Source: Psammoneis japonica
Taxonomy: Eukaryota
DNA length: 64,000 bases
NCBI GenBank assembly: GCA_008632985.1
Contig: QPGO01000003.1
Span: 1 to 64,000 of the forward strand
Direction: 5' to 3'
Shown: positions 12,725 through 26,020 of the stretch, piece by piece
Numbering within the stretch: the stretch's first letter is position 1
Layout of the letters: each line of letters begins with the position of its first letter
The notes under the pieces: generated by a model
Database searches by the model: none
The model's input: only the letters and a program-made list of their open reading frames with translations
Told to the model about the DNA's origin: nothing
Position numbers and translations under genes: made by a program

Positions 12725-13970
12725 CTATGCCGCGCTACTATTACTGCCCATGAGAAAGGATCGGGGAGATGTTGCAAAGAAGCTTCCCCCACCCGACAGT
12801 ACTTGTTGTTGTTTTTGGATTCGTTTGGCTCGAAGATGGTCTTGTTGTATTTCACCACCGCCATTATTATTGTTGCTGCTGCTGCCACTCACTACTCGTC
12901 CATTCTTCATTGGCTCTCGTGTAGCAACCGAGAGAAAGGTTTCCTTGGAATCATAATACAATGGCGTTGTCTTGTTGCTGCCAACGGCTAAAAGGGAATA
13001 CGGGTTGTTGGACTCGAAAGAAACTGTCTTGTTGTGCGGCACCTCGACTTGATTTGTTGCAGTAGTATCTTTGGAGATGAGGGGAGGAAGGGCACTCATG
13101 AGTGCTGCGGCAGGTGGACCCGCAGCATTCTCCACATGGCACTTTTTGAGCCGGAGGCAAAATGTCAAAACCCGCCGGGACAGTAGTATTAGAAGCACTC
13201 GTCGGAGGAGCTGGCGTGAGTGAAAAGGGGGCATTCAGGGAATGCGCATAATATGCACGACTCTGATGATGGTGCTCGTTTTCCGACGAATTGGATGACA
13301 AGCTGGAGGCAAAGGATGAAGCATTCTGAAGGCCTGGAACGACAGATTCGCCTAATGGCTTTTGTTCACGAAACACGTCGGCAAACGATTTGGATTCAGC
13401 ATGATGATTATCTCTTGCTTGCACTGGAATGGTCAATGATGTTGCGGGAGATTGGTATTGCTGGTTTTTCACCTGTCCTTGATGAGGTTCGTTTCCAGAG
13501 TATCCCGTACGATGGGACGACGTTTGATGCTTATTCTGATCCTTGGCATCCCCATCAGCATCAAGTGCCGCGGTGGCAACATCCGTTGCAACACGCTGAG
13601 ATCGACGGTTCCTACGGGCAGCACCACCCCGACATCCTCGAGCACGGTATGCCTTCTTTTTGGGTCGGGATGTTGACGACGACGATTGCTGAGATCCTCC
13701 GAATGCACTACTACTACTACTACCATCCGATGACGACGAAGCGCTGTCTAACCTACGACGACCATTGCGACCTCCGCGTGACATTGGTTGGGCCTTTTTG
13801 TTCGGGTTCTGTCCATTACGTTCATTCATCTTTGAATACGATTCTTGTAATGTCAACTGCGGGTCTCTCGACCGACGATCGTACTGCCTCGACGATGAAT
13901 TAGAGTTAGCAGCAGCTCCTCGGTCTCGCGAATTGGAACCCATCCCCTCTCCATAGCCATCACTTCTCAT
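12725..13970 (-). CDS. Low-complexity Ser/Arg-rich hypothetical protein
   Basis: Long ORF with KKKAYRARGCRGG and a C-terminal GGSFFATSPRSFLMG; one frameshift. Confidence 0.6.
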
Positions 13971-14523
13971 TGGGATAGTAGATTCTTTGTCGCTACAAGC
14001 TGTCAAAGTGTCCCTGCGACGAAGCTTGTGTGCAAGATCTTGCAACTGACTTTTCGCCAAGAGAGATCACAGACGGCAATGTGTGAGCAAAAAAGGATCG
14101 CTCATGTGTATCACAAGGCGTTGAGTGTTTCATTGTGCCTATCGTTGAATATCGTTATAAATAGTATACTATTAACAATCGTATAAAGATATTGAAAAGA
14201 ATATTCTTTATATATATTAGTCTCTGTATGTATACAAGTACGAAACGGTTCATGTGTTTCGCTCGCCAGCCCGTTTTTTGTCGGAGTAGAAATATTGAAC
14301 ATCCGTCCGTCCGTCCAGAGCTACATAAAAGAAGCGGTTTCTCGCGCGGCCACAAAATGACGGAGAAAAAGCAGCTCAACAAGAAGGCCAACACAGGCTA
14401 CCGTAACACAGCACATCAGCTGCACAGTCCCTCTCATCAGTTGGCTACGTGACATAAGTTAGATGGATTCTGGCGAAAAAAAAAAAAACAAGGAGCTCTT
14501 CCCACGCAACACAGCCAACAATT

Positions 14524-15544
14524 TCAAACCGGAATGTCGGGACAATCGTTTTCTCGTTGCAATTCAACGTGACTGTAGATCTTTCCAAATTCTCGATTGA
14601 CAAAGAAGTCACTTCTTCTATATGTTTCCACAAGGACATAATTGTTCTTCTCCAACAGGGTACGCACCGCTTCGTTTTTGTTTGATTGTGCTCGTCGGCT
14701 TCGCTGAAAATGACACCAAATCTGATTTTGTCCAGTCGACTGATTGGAAGCACCTCAATTCGGCCCCTTCCACGTCTAGAGAGACTGGTGAAATAAAGAG
14801 ATAAAGAGGTATTTGATTAGTACGAAACGATAAGGTGTGTTGTTGCGATACGCTTCATGGGTTTGTGAGCACTCACAAAATCAAAATAGCCTTGTTGAGG
14901 CACGTGTTGCTTCAAAATATCTCCAAGTGGCATACAATCAATCGGAGTTGTTTGTTCGATTGTTATGTTTGGCCACCATTTCTTACGAAATGAATCCGCG
15001 GCAAACTCCCAAACGCCGCTCACAGCTGGAAATCTTGCCACGTAATAATAATGTACCACGCTTCGTTCTCCACACACTGCTGCGTTTACAGTCGCAAGCT
15101 CATTGGGACGATTGTGCTCTACTTTTCCAATGAATCAGGTGACGGCTCGACCATGAGTCCTTTCCACCCAAACGCCTTGTTGAATACATGGCTATTGCTG
15201 AATCGGACTCCATCGAGTCCTCCCATTTCAATATAAGTTCCACCACAGAGGTTCCTGAACCAGCATTCGACAAGTCGTTTGTCTTCTTCATCTTGTGATT
15301 CCATAAGATGGTCGATTCCATAAATGAGCTGTGATATCGGTGTCGGAGGACACGGAAAAGCAGCCGTTGAAGTATGCAAGCTCTGATGATTCCCCGACGA
15401 CCTTGAGAATATCCCATCTTGGAATGGCCGTACCGTATACAGACACCAAATTACAAATAAGCAGACGGGAAAGCAATATAATACTATCTGTCTCGTTGTG
15501 ATTGCAGAACGCTTCTTCGTCATGCGGGAGGAGAATCTTGCCAT
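14524..15544 (-). CDS. FkbM-family (Methyltransf_21) methyltransferase with N-terminal membrane anchor; one intron at about 14790-14876
   Basis: GTYIEMGGLDGVRFSNS, GWKGLMVEP, YFDF and, after the intron, SLDVEGAE. Confidence 0.8.
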
Positions 15545-16152
15545 TGCTGCAGAGACACCTTTAAAGCTACCGGTACCTCAGGCTCGTATCTCGTATTTCT
15601 CAAAAGAAAGAATGATGCTTTCAAAAACAGTATTCTCTAAGAGAGAAGTAGAGTGAGCGCACAGCGGATAGATCAGATGATGTGCTGTGCTGTGCTGGGT
15701 CTCATGATACGCACAACGCACATCATGTCGCTCGCTCGGCATTCGATCGGCATGGTTACGAAATCGATGACGATAATAGCCGATAACCGATAACCATCGC
15801 ATGATCGCGGACAGACCATGAAGCCATCAACTGCGTTTATTCGAACCCCAGCCCACATCTAGTTGGTCAAATAACCATGCTGAAAAATCATCGGATGAAT
15901 GGACAATGTGTCTGCTACGAAAAGCAATTACTCTGGACTAAGGTTTAGGAATGCTACCTCGGGACTTATTGATAATAGGCTCTGACAAATAATTTGCAAG
16001 ATGGTGAAATCCTGAACTAGAACCGGAGCACCTCAACATAAACTATAAAAGCCAAGTCTAGTAGTATTGTCTGTTAAAAATTACCCATGCTGTCCGTTAC
16101 ACTCACTAATTTTCGAGATTCTTAATATAGTGTCCAAAACAAACGCACTATC

Positions 16153-16863
16153 CTAAGACAACTCGTCATGTGCCCGAATGCCTTTTCCGGGAACAAAGGA
16201 TCCAGGAGTCTTTTTTCCACCCTTGAATGTTTCGAGTGCAGGATTGCTCGCCGCCAAGAGTACATCATCGTCATGACTACGGATTCCCTTGCCCGGAACA
16301 AATGAGCCCGGTGTCCTCTTGCGTCCCTTGAAGGTTTCAAGAGCAGGGTTGGAAGCCATCAACGACGTATCATCATCGTCGTGCTGACGACGAATACCCT
16401 TGCCCGGAATGAACGATCCCGGAGTCTTTTTTCCACCCTTGAAGGTTTCCAGCGCGGGATTGCTAGCCGCCATCCAGTTGTTTACTTCTTCTTCGTGACT
16501 CCGAATGCCCTTGCCTGGAACAAAGGAACCGGGTGTCTTCTTTCGTCCCTTGAAGGTTTCAAGTGCCGGATTGGAAGCCATGAGATTCTCAAAATCTTCG
16601 TGTTTTCGAATTCCTTTTCCTGGAATGAAGGATCCCGGAGTCCTCTTTCGTCCCTTGAAGGTCTCGAGTGCAGGATTGGCGGCATTTGCGGGTGGTGCAG
16701 CTACAGACAAGCCGGCAAGAACACCTCCGGTAGCAGCAATAAAGTCACGACGATCCGCGGCGGCGGCGAGTTGCGTGTTTACTCGAGCACCACTGCCAGT
16801 GGATGATGGGGCAAAGGCGCTAGCCGATGCTATGAGAGATATCAAGAGGATGTTGCGCATCAT
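16153..16863 (-). CDS. Plastid-targeted, probably thylakoid-lumen protein with five 24-aa repeats
   Basis: Signal peptide plus ASAFAP, then a twin-arginine RRDF, a hydrophobic stretch and ANA. Five copies of NPALETFKG(R/G)K(R/K)TPGSF(I/V)PGKGIR follow. Confidence 0.85.
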   Translation of the reverse strand: MMRNILLISLIASASAFAPSSTGSGARVNTQLAAAADRRDFIAATGGVLAGLSVAAPPANAANPALETFKGRKRTPGSFIPGKGIRKHEDFENLMASNPALETFKGRKKTPGSFVPGKGIRSHEEEVNNWMAASNPALETFKGGKKTPGSFIPGKGIRRQHDDDDTSLMASNPALETFKGRKRTPGSFVPGKGIRSHDDDVLLAASNPALETFKGGKKTPGSFVPGKGIRAHDELS

Positions 16864-17176
16864 GGTGGTGACGACTCGACTATTGTTGAGGAAGGAAGTT
16901 TGACAACGAGAAAAAACGTGTGAAACGCGGTGAATGAGATTGAAGGCAGATCTTTGTTTGTCGTGTAGAGAGATGTGTGGTGACCAACTTCAACTTGGAG
17001 TGTCTGCGTTTGGTAAACATCATTTGAAACCTACATGTTCATATAACATTATTGACTCAACGGAAATTACCACGTCATAATGACGCCACCATGACGAGGG
17101 TGGAGAGGGTGTCGTCACTCATTTTTTCTCGGAATGATACGCGAGAAACAACGAGAATTAGAATACTGTACTCAAA

Positions 17177-18208
17177 ATGATCATGACGAAACCCCAACAC
17201 GACGATGCAATAACTACCGCTGCGGACTCCTCCAATTCAAGTAGTACAGGTTGCTTCAAGAGATTCAAAAATCAAAGGAACATGGCGAGATGCAGTCGCT
17301 GGAGCTATTGCAGGAGGAATGGCAAAAACAATTGTTGCCCCCATTGAACGCGTCAAATTGTTGCTTCAGCTACAACAATACTCCACCACGTACGGTACAA
17401 CTCCATGCAAGTGGCAAAGTCGTCTATCAACAAGAGGGTATTCTTGCATTTGGAGAGGCAACACACCGAATGTGATTCGACAAGCCGGTACATCGGCGAT
17501 TAATTTCGGTCTCATGGAGCATTACAAACGCGTTGCCGTGTCACCCATGTTGAATCGAACAATGGCATGGCCCTCGAGACGAAATACGGAATTACGAATC
17601 AAACGAAGAAATATATGGGGTGCGTTCTTATCGGGTGGTTTGGCGGGAGGGACAACCACGACCGTGTTGTATCCGATTGAATTTCTACGGACGCGACTGG
17701 CGTTGGATAGTGGATCGACGAATCATCAACGATTGTATCCAAGAGGTATGCGTGATGTCTTTTTGGTAACTTGGAAGAGTGATGGAATTCGTGGAATGTA
17801 TCAAGGTTATGGTATTTCGCTTGCGGGAGTTATTGTGTATAGAGCCTTGTACATGGGTGGTACGATGCGTTAAAGACAGAGATTCAATACCGACGTCGTG
17901 ACAGGGATGAAGAACGCGAAGATCAAAAACCATTGTCTTGGACACAGCGATTTGTTGCTGCACAAGTAGTTAGTTTAGTGGCTGGAACATTGTGCTACCC
18001 TATTGATTCTGTGAAGAGACGGCTCATGATGCAAGCAGGGATACCCCTGGAAGAACGATTGTACCGTAATTCTTTGGACTGTTTCAGACGTGTTTGGTCT
18101 CAAGAAGGACTTCGTGGTTTTTATTTGGGGATAGCACCCAATCTGGTGCGGAGTTTAGGAGCAGCACTGTTGCTGGTGACTTATGACGTGTTTAAAGTAA
18201 TGCTGTAA
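17177..18208 (+). CDS. Mitochondrial carrier, ADP/ATP translocase-like (frameshifts)
   Basis: PIERVKLLLQ, WRGNTPNVIR, YPIEFLRTRL and YPIDSVKRRLMMQ carrier signatures. Confidence 0.9.
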
Positions 18209-18518
18209 AAAATTATGAACTATATTGAATGCGGTGAGGGAAGGCTTCTTGTTTGCTGCCTTGGTGCAGCGGGAGATCCCGTACCGGTATTCCCAATCCT
18301 TCGGTGTCTTTTTGCTTCCACAATGTAGCAAAATTGTAGTGCAAAAGAGGCTTGAATCAAAAGCATGCATGATGAGTAGCCAAATGGGAAGGAGCAGTAG
18401 AGCACTCCAAAGACGTATGCCAAGGTGTCAATCGCATGGGTATCAAACCAGTGCTTTGCACATGTCTGTAACTCTCAAAGAGACGTGTGAAAGTGCTGAT
18501 TGCGTGTCGACACGGTGA

Positions 18519-20031
18519 TCAAATTTTCTTGATCCTCCTCTTGTTGAACAGAAGAGCTTTCGCCGTCGTGATGATTAGATGCGCCGACAATGTCATCATT
18601 TCTGGTTTCCTTCTTTGAATCGTTTTCCCATTCTCTTTTTCTTTTTGAAACAGCCAAAAACAATAAGGCACTGTACATAACAGAGCAATAGCGCAAGCAA
18701 TGTTGACCGCCGTTTCCTTTCCACTGGCTGCAAGTGTAATGAGAGGATACTGAACCAAACTAATCACGGCCGAGAAAAACAAGCCAAGTCCCGCCAGAGT
18801 TCCATAATGTTCGTATCCAAATCGTTTTCCGACATTAGTAAAGAACATACCAAATACCATCATTCGACCAATACCATAGCATGACATTCCAAAGATTTGC
18901 ACAGTAGGCCGGGACCAACCAGAGTCACAAAGGAAATCGCCACTGTGACTGTTGCAATGGCTTGTGCCACTCCAAGGCCGGCATGGTCGGCAATCTTTCC
19001 CAAGAGTGGTGCATTGCAGCGGCACTGGCGTAGGTAATGGAAAATATACCCGTGTACACCCCGAGTCATCTCCTTTTTCCTCCAGTTGGTATCCAATGGT
19101 GGCGATGTAGTACTGAAGCGGAATGAGTAGAACGGAAAACCATGTTAGCAACAAGATGTACTCGAGGCTTTTCAACTGCTCCACTGAAGTAGGGCTTTTG
19201 AGGGCATTGTCATCTCGTTCTGTTTGAGAGTCCATCTCATCTAATGTGGGAGAAGAGGAAGAACCATCGATATCCATGCCCTTGCTACAAATGCTGTCAC
19301 TCGATCCATGTGCCACTCCGGGCTCTTTCGCTCTTTCATTATTTTCATTTTCCACGAATCCGTCCTCGCTATTGTTTTCTTCTGTCAAAATCAAATCATC
19401 AATGCCATCAAGATTTCTTTTTCTAGGCTCAAACTTGTCTCTTGGCAATACCACGGCTGAAACGAGCAATAGCAAAGCCAATACACCCGTGAATGCCCCA
19501 AATGTTTTGCTTCGATCCGTAGAGATTGCCGTCAAGACTAGAAACACAAGTCCGGATATTTGAAAGGCTCCCGACGTGGATGCCAAGAGACACCCTTGCA
19601 TTTGTTTCGGAAACAGTCCCGCCACGGGTTGAAGACAGAGCTGCACAGACGATCCCAATCCCACAAAAAACATGGACACGCCCAGGCGATTCCATTGTTT
19701 GCATTGGCCACTGCAATTCCACAACATCCCCCCGTCACACAGAGTAATCCCAAACACGTTGTATAGCGAGTCCCCAACCAATAATCGCGAGTCAAACCAA
19801 AAAAGAACCGTCCACCCTGTGTGCTCCACGCTCCCGCCAAAAACACGGCACCCAACGCGTCTTCGTCCAGATCGGAACCCTCCTCGTTGACCAAATTTCG
19901 TCGTAGCGAGGGCCATCCATACACGAGCCCGCGCCAACACAATCGATACAAAGCTATAGCCATATAGAAACCAGGAATGACACGTGGGAGAAGAATCCAC
20001 AACAACGACATTATTCGTCTCGGGACGGCAT
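18519..20031 (-). CDS. MFS transporter, SLC43/LAT3 (FMP42)-like (frameshifts)
   Basis: Multiple TM segments, an N-terminal GLVYGWPSLR motif and a large central loop. Confidence 0.75.
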
Positions 20032-20440
20032 TATGTGTTCTCTGGAGTGCGCCGTAGTTAATAGCCTATTCTCTCTACCGGTATTAAAGACACAATGAGT
20101 TTCTTTGATACTATTACACAGGTAGCGGTAATGTTACATGAATACCTGGCAATCATTTCTCTCAGAAGAGAATCTCAAGAGAGCATAATAGCGAAATCGA
20201 CAATCAGCAACAACGCAACAACAAACGACAACGCACCTCGCACCCGCGCAAAAACACAAAAATAAAAAATTCAAATGATTTGGAAAGCACAATAGCTCAA
20301 ACAAGATCAAACTACCGAAGAACTGCGCTCTCGCTTGTTATTTCTGCGCTGCCTTCTGTCCAATGACGCTTTTGTGACCTGTTGTTTGTTCAATGACCTC
20401 TTTGTGACTCCCACTCATCCTATGATGTCCTTCTACGTAC

Positions 20441-21620
20441 GTTTTCGGCAGTCACAAGGCTCATGTCAAGAAACAAGAGGCATTCAACACGACGAGACAT
20501 GAGACACCGCCTGCCACTTCCTGCCGTCACTGTTGTGCGACTGCAAAAAAAACATGATCTGCCGTCTCCAATTTTGCCGAAATGGGGAAGAACCACACCG
20601 ACCAAATTGTCACTCCAAAAAAGGGGCACTGCAATGAAGAGCCCAGCATGAGCAGGACGATGCCGAGAATCCGAGGATGGATGATGAGAAATGTGAGCAG
20701 GAAGCGACTTGCGAAGCAAGCCGCCCAGCCAACGGGTCATCAAGAATGACCATCGTCAACAGCAAACCAACAAGCCCTTTTGGGACAAGTGTTCGTGAAC
20801 ATGATGACAACGAAAAGCAGCAAGAAGAGCAAAAAGAGGTGTCGAAGAAGAAGAAGCTCACCAAGACCATCAGCAAATGACTTCGATGCAGCAGATTCAA
20901 AAGTCGTGGATCGCAAAAGGTCACAAAGGCTTGAAATGAACAGAGAGTCAGCCAAACAAAGAAGAAGGAAACAGCGAAGGTCAGTCGCTGACCTGCAAGA
21001 AAGCAATTTGAAGCTCGAGTCTGAAAGCCGCCTCCTTCGAAGACAAAAACAGGAGCTGGCTGCTCAGTTGGCAAAAGCACAAAAAGCAGAGCAACGAGGT
21101 GCTGCACCCAGTGTGGCTGTGAGTCGACCTGAAGCTGGGGCCCTTGTGGACTCGTTCCCCTCACTGCCCGACTCAACTCAAAAGTCTGTTGCTGCTGCTC
21201 TCCGGACCAGAGATCGCCGGTGGCTTTTGTCGGTGATGCCACATCCAGAGAGTTGGGAGGACTTCTTGCAGCTGGGAACACTGGCTTGCACCATCCAGAA
21301 AGACTGCCTTCAGTGTCATTGACGAGAAATGCACTGTTGAGAGCGCCCCTTCCCGCCTCACCTCGAGCTGCACGTCTTTTTTCTGGGACACGCCCTGACA
21401 CTGCATCTGCCGAAGCAGTCGCATCGCTGCAAGAAGCTGCAAAGATGCGTCTTCTTCTTGAAGACCAAGCGCGACGGCAGCGTCAACGAGAGCTCTCTTC
21501 TTCTTTGGGCAACCCTCTGGGATTGATGGACAGGCATCGAATGAAAACGAGAGAGCTTCTTCGTGGATGCCAGGAGCATTCTCCAACGAGAAAGAAGGTG
21601 AGTGCATTGAGCATGATGCA
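20441..21620. other. TpA-free domain B (CpG retained)
   Basis: No TA seen in about 1180 bp while CG stays frequent. Confidence 0.95.
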
Positions 21621-22400
21621 TTAATGGTTTTGTGATTGTCCTCTGGTGTGCTTCAAATGATGAAATGTGCATGGTGATTTCGTTTCTAACTTTGTCTCTC
21701 ACGTTCGTCATTTGTTTTTGCTCATGCGATCTTCTTTGTTGGAAGATCGTGTGATTGAGGCCATTCTTCAGGAAAGGAAGAAAACGGCTTCTCCTACTTG
21801 TTCGAAGAGGGGCATCATCCGTCGCCTACTTCTTCGAGACGTACGACGAGTGTCTAGAATGATAACCTTGAAGAAATCTGTCAGCCACAAGGTCAAGGAT
21901 CTCTTGATGAGGGAGAATCCCCAGAAGACATCCTCCTGAAGAAGCAGGAGGAAGCTCGTTTGATTGAGGCAATTCTTCGGGAACGGCAAACAATGCCCAC
22001 TTCTTCTCAGCCATCGCCTGCTTCCTTGAGACGTAATACGAGTAGTCGGAATGATGACCCTGAAGAAATCCGACAGAGAGAAGGTGGAGAATCTCTCGAG
22101 GAGGGGGAAGAATCCCCGGAAGAAATTCTCCGTAAAAAACAGCAGGAAGCTCGTTTGATTGAGACAATTCTTTGGGAAAGACAAATAAAGATGGCGATTA
22201 CTCGTTGTTCACAGCAGCCGTCACCTACGTCTTCTAGACCTACGACCAGTGTGCAGGATGATGGTCATGAAGGGATCCTTCGAAAACAGCAGCAGCAGGG
22301 ATCTCTCAAAGAGGGAGAAACTGAGGCAGATAGAGGCTACTGAGGCAACAGCGGGAAGCTCGAAAGATGAAAGCCATTCGTCTTGAATGAGCACCATCGG
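20677..22400 (+). CDS. bZIP transcription factor, possibly pseudogenised; probable intron at about 21598-21745; repeated C-terminal exon
   Basis: KRSQRLEMNRESAKQRRRKQ followed by heptad leucines. GTGAGT donor and CTAAC branch site. The ARLIEAIL.ER unit repeats about every 200 bp. Confidence 0.7.
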
Positions 22401-23197
22401 CGGCGACTGCTTGTTCGGAAGAGCATCAGCCGTCTCCTAACCTGGATGGCCGTGAAAACGACTGTGATGGACGCTCCCAACCACAAGTCTCACATTGGTC
22501 TCATCCTCTTTGTGACATGTAAATCGTACTTTTTTTCTCGCAAGCCCGTATACTGAGCCTTTTGATGTTGCGTAGATAGCTTCTTTCTCGAAAGAACAAA
22601 CGATACGATCACTGAAAGCAACAGTACTTCAAGTATTATCAACGAAGAGTCTAGTGGCTAAGGTATAGAGCTTCTTAGAGTGGGATCTTTACCCAAACTA
22701 TAGATATAGCTACGCACAGTAGTAGAGTGAGTAATAGCCATCTCTCTCACCAAAGACTTGCTAGCAAAAGCAGAGCGGAGCATTCACCCCTCTGCAGCAC
22801 GCCCAAGAATTTGCTGGATCGTAGCCAAGCGAGATAATAGTCCAAGTTGCCTCCATTGCATGGAACTGACCTTGATGAGAGTATATTACGTAATATAAGG
22901 AATGGAGGCGCCCCCTCTTTCAGAACGCACGACTTTGCTGATGCAATATGTATAGCTTGTGCATTGACGATAAGGCACACTCGTAAACGCATCAAAGATC
23001 AGAATAAATGAAAACCAGGAAGCAAATCTAAATCGCGCGATGGTGCTGTAGAGAGTAGCTTCTGTATAAGATCTTTCTACGTAGGGAATAGTAGAATTAG
23101 TCTTGCTACCAACCAGCTGGTTTGACAGGAGAATGTCAGATTCATGATTAGTGATTGATCCAATCAATCACGCAATACATGACTTGTGCCATTCCAA

Positions 23198-24000
23198 TCA
23201 CGCCCGTCGTCGCCGCTTTCGGCGCTGAGCCGTTGCACTCGTAGTTTCAATGATTTCAACTTGCTGCTTGTCTTCGTCCTCGTCATTATCACTGTCCAAC
23301 AAATCAATGACGCCACCGTTAGTAGATGACACGCCTCGTTGCTTCTTCTGTTTCTTGTTTTCATCAAGGACAACGACATTCTTTTTGGCTCGAGGTTTTT
23401 GGGAATTGTTGAAGAAACAGTGCGCGTGAAGCACAAAATTCCTGCATCGGCCAATGCCAAGCTGCGACAAGCTCCGTCCACCGTTTTTCAATTCACGTCC
23501 CAAATGAAAGAACCGAACCGGATGATGTTTCGTCATGTCACGCAACTCCTTGCGTCCAGCGAGTTGATTGAGCGTGCAAGACATGGAAACCTTGACCTAT
23601 ATTAAAAAGCACGAATGAGAAATATAGGCTCAGAAACTAGAATTCTGTGTGTATAGGAAATTCGAACGTATCAAAAGAACTCACCTCGGCTTTGAAAGCA
23701 TCAGACGTCCTTAGAACCGTCAATACGGCGGTAGAATCGTCCGTCTTGTTCATGGTTGTAACGAGAGTTGTTCTAGATTTGAGTTGCGTACGCGCTGATA
23801 CTGCGGTTGAAGCACGGAGCGAGCGAGGCTGTATATTGTTTCTTTGTTCTTTGCTTATTCGTCTTTTCCCTCGCTTCTATATGCGTCGAGATAAACACAA
23901 CAACCGTCTTGGAGAGTATCGATGAAACAAAGTCAACGCAGCGGAAGGAGACGGGAGGTAAAGGTCGCAACGCCGGCGCTGCGATGGCCAACACAAACAT
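23198..24000 (-). CDS. Protein with a ubiquitin-like domain and C-terminal SIM-like motifs; intron at about 23598-23684
   Basis: VRFFHLGRELKNGGRSLSQLGI...VLH resembles a UBL. VVVLDE, VIDLLDSD and VEIIE are each followed by acidic or Ser residues. Confidence 0.55.
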
Positions 24001-24776
24001 TGTGTAGTGTTATGTTGCCGCGCCCCGCATCATCGAAGCTCGACGAGCTCGCAGAGAAAGTCAGAACATTTCAATTTGAATAATTTTATTCATGTATGAA
24101 GCTATTTTATGTTAAGTCGTGGCTTTTGGTGGCGATTACAAAACCGTTGAGTCTCGCCATCCTTGCTGCCGTCAGCGGAGAAGGACCAAACGCTAGCCTA
24201 ACGAAATAAAAAGAATGAGTTTTGTTCCACAATACTAAACGATGCATCTTTTTCATTAGGCGGGATAATAATCCCTGTCTTAATCTTGTTGAGATTGGCA
24301 AGCAATAAGAATACCACGCCCGTATTCTTCGATGACTTTGCGCCGGAAAAACGGTGAACAGCACAACATGAGGAAAAGATTTCTTATTGAGCGTTTCTAC
24401 TAGAGAGGATGCCCTAACAAAAATGACAAATCAAAACTATTTCGAGGTGATTTGACAATATTAACAAGAACAGAGAGAAGAAAGACAGTGGTGTCGTCTC
24501 TCCAACAAGATGTTGATCTTTAGGCTCCCGATACACGTGGACTACCTAGCTAGAAGAAGTTACTCGGTTCTCATTCAGTGACAAGTCAAATCATCAAAAG
24601 TCCTTGTTTCCGTGCGTTACGGTATGGCACTCAGGTACAACACAAAGTGACCAAAATTTACTTTGAGCTCACGTAACAAGTAGAAGACCATGTTCACAGT
24701 AAATGTCGATGTTTTCTTTAAACACTATATACATGATTTATCCCTAATTTTTTCGAAGCACTGACGTGAACGAAGC

Positions 24777-25289
24777 CTACAAGTAGTAGTCCTTGCCGCT
24801 ACTGGCCACCGACGCAGCCAACCGACTCATTTCGATTTCCATAAGGTTATTCCGCTGAATGTTGACAAGCGAGTCAAGATGCAAGCCATTGGCGTCAAAA
24901 TAATACCCATATCCAGCCATATTCAACGCCAGACCCGCAACAAGAGCCACAGCCAAGGCACCAAACACGTACTGCGAGGCTCCAAAAAGGCCCCAAACCA
25001 CAGCACGCAGAGGGTCGAGAGAGTCATTCATGACTGTCCTTCCAAATTCTTGCACAATCCCATCGTCTTGGCGCTGCTTGGCCTCCAAAAGCAAGCGTTC
25101 GGTTGCACCAAGAGAATTAGTATCTTCGATATCGGCACTCATGTACAAGGAACCTTGTGAAGCAGCATCTTGACGTTGAAGCATGACGACGGGTGACACT
25201 GGAGAAACAACAACAAATGCATGCGCACGGGACGACATTATTACGAATACCGACACTACGGACACAAGGAACTTGGAAAGATACAACAT
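24777..25289 (-). CDS. Predicted plastid-targeted small membrane protein
   Basis: Signal peptide ending AHA-FVV and hydrophobic helices. Confidence 0.6.
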   Translation of the reverse strand: MLYLSKFLVSVVSVFVIMSSRAHAFVVVSPVSPVVMLQRQDAASQGSLYMSADIEDTNSLGATERLLLEAKQRQDDGIVQEFGRTVMNDSLDPLRAVVWGLFGASQYVFGALAVALVAGLALNMAGYGYYFDANGLHLDSLVNIQRNNLMEIEMSRLAASVASSGKDYYL

Positions 25290-25589
25290 GGTTGCTCGGA
25301 TTTCTTTGTGTAAGATGCGTTCAACGACGCTCAAGGCCTTTGTAGAGAATGATTCGAAAGAATACCAGGTGTAGCGAATGAGCGAAGTGTCGAAGGCATC
25401 ACAGCTGTCAATTTCGAAATTTTGAAGAAGGGCACATCTGCCGATCGATCCGGTGAAGTTTCACGCAGACATTGAGATGCAAGTTGAAGTTGGGAAGAAA
25501 TCCAATTCTTCTCAGACACACAGTCAGCGCAAGCGACCAACCCGGGGGCCCTCGCGCGCATGACCTCGCGATCGCGTTGCATCGTGTTT

Positions 25590-25762
25590 CTCTACTCTCT
25601 CTCTCTCTCTAGACTAGTACCGTAGCTCTAGAGTAGTAGCTAGCTAGAGAGTAGAGTAGAGTAGCTCTAGTAGATAGAGAGTACCGGTAGAGAGCCCCCA
25701 TGTTGAATGCACTCTCTCTAGAGAGTAGCCTTAGACTAGAGTAGAGAGAGTAGTGCATAGTA
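25590..25762. repeat. TAG/CTAG/AGAGT-rich low-complexity tract
   Basis: ctagactagtaccgtagctctagagtagtagctagctagagagtagagtagagtag... Confidence 0.85.
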
Positions 25763-26020
25763 CAATCGGCATCCTCGATCAACACATGAACAATGCCGAA
25801 GCCAGCAGATCCTCTCTCAAAACATATAATTTGCAGAGTAGCTGCTGGCCTGTGTCAACTGTTGGTGTGTGTGGAAGCTTCAGGCTGAAGCTGGGGACAG
25901 GCCAAAGAAGAGAATGGACAACCTAGAACATTTGGCGAATCACTTGAATAATATGGCTTGTACCTTGTACAGAAGGAAGATTTGGCCACCAACGGGGCGT
26001 CTATGAGACATGAGACTGTT

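Noticed and set aside
14524..15544. FkbM methyltransferase as the enzyme behind the TpA signal
   Set aside because: It is a membrane-anchored small-molecule/glycan-type methyltransferase with no DNA methyltransferase or deaminase motifs.
16153..16700. Repeat-spacer pattern resembling a CRISPR array
   Set aside because: The repeats are in-frame coding units with synonymous variation in a eukaryotic gene, and there are no cas genes.
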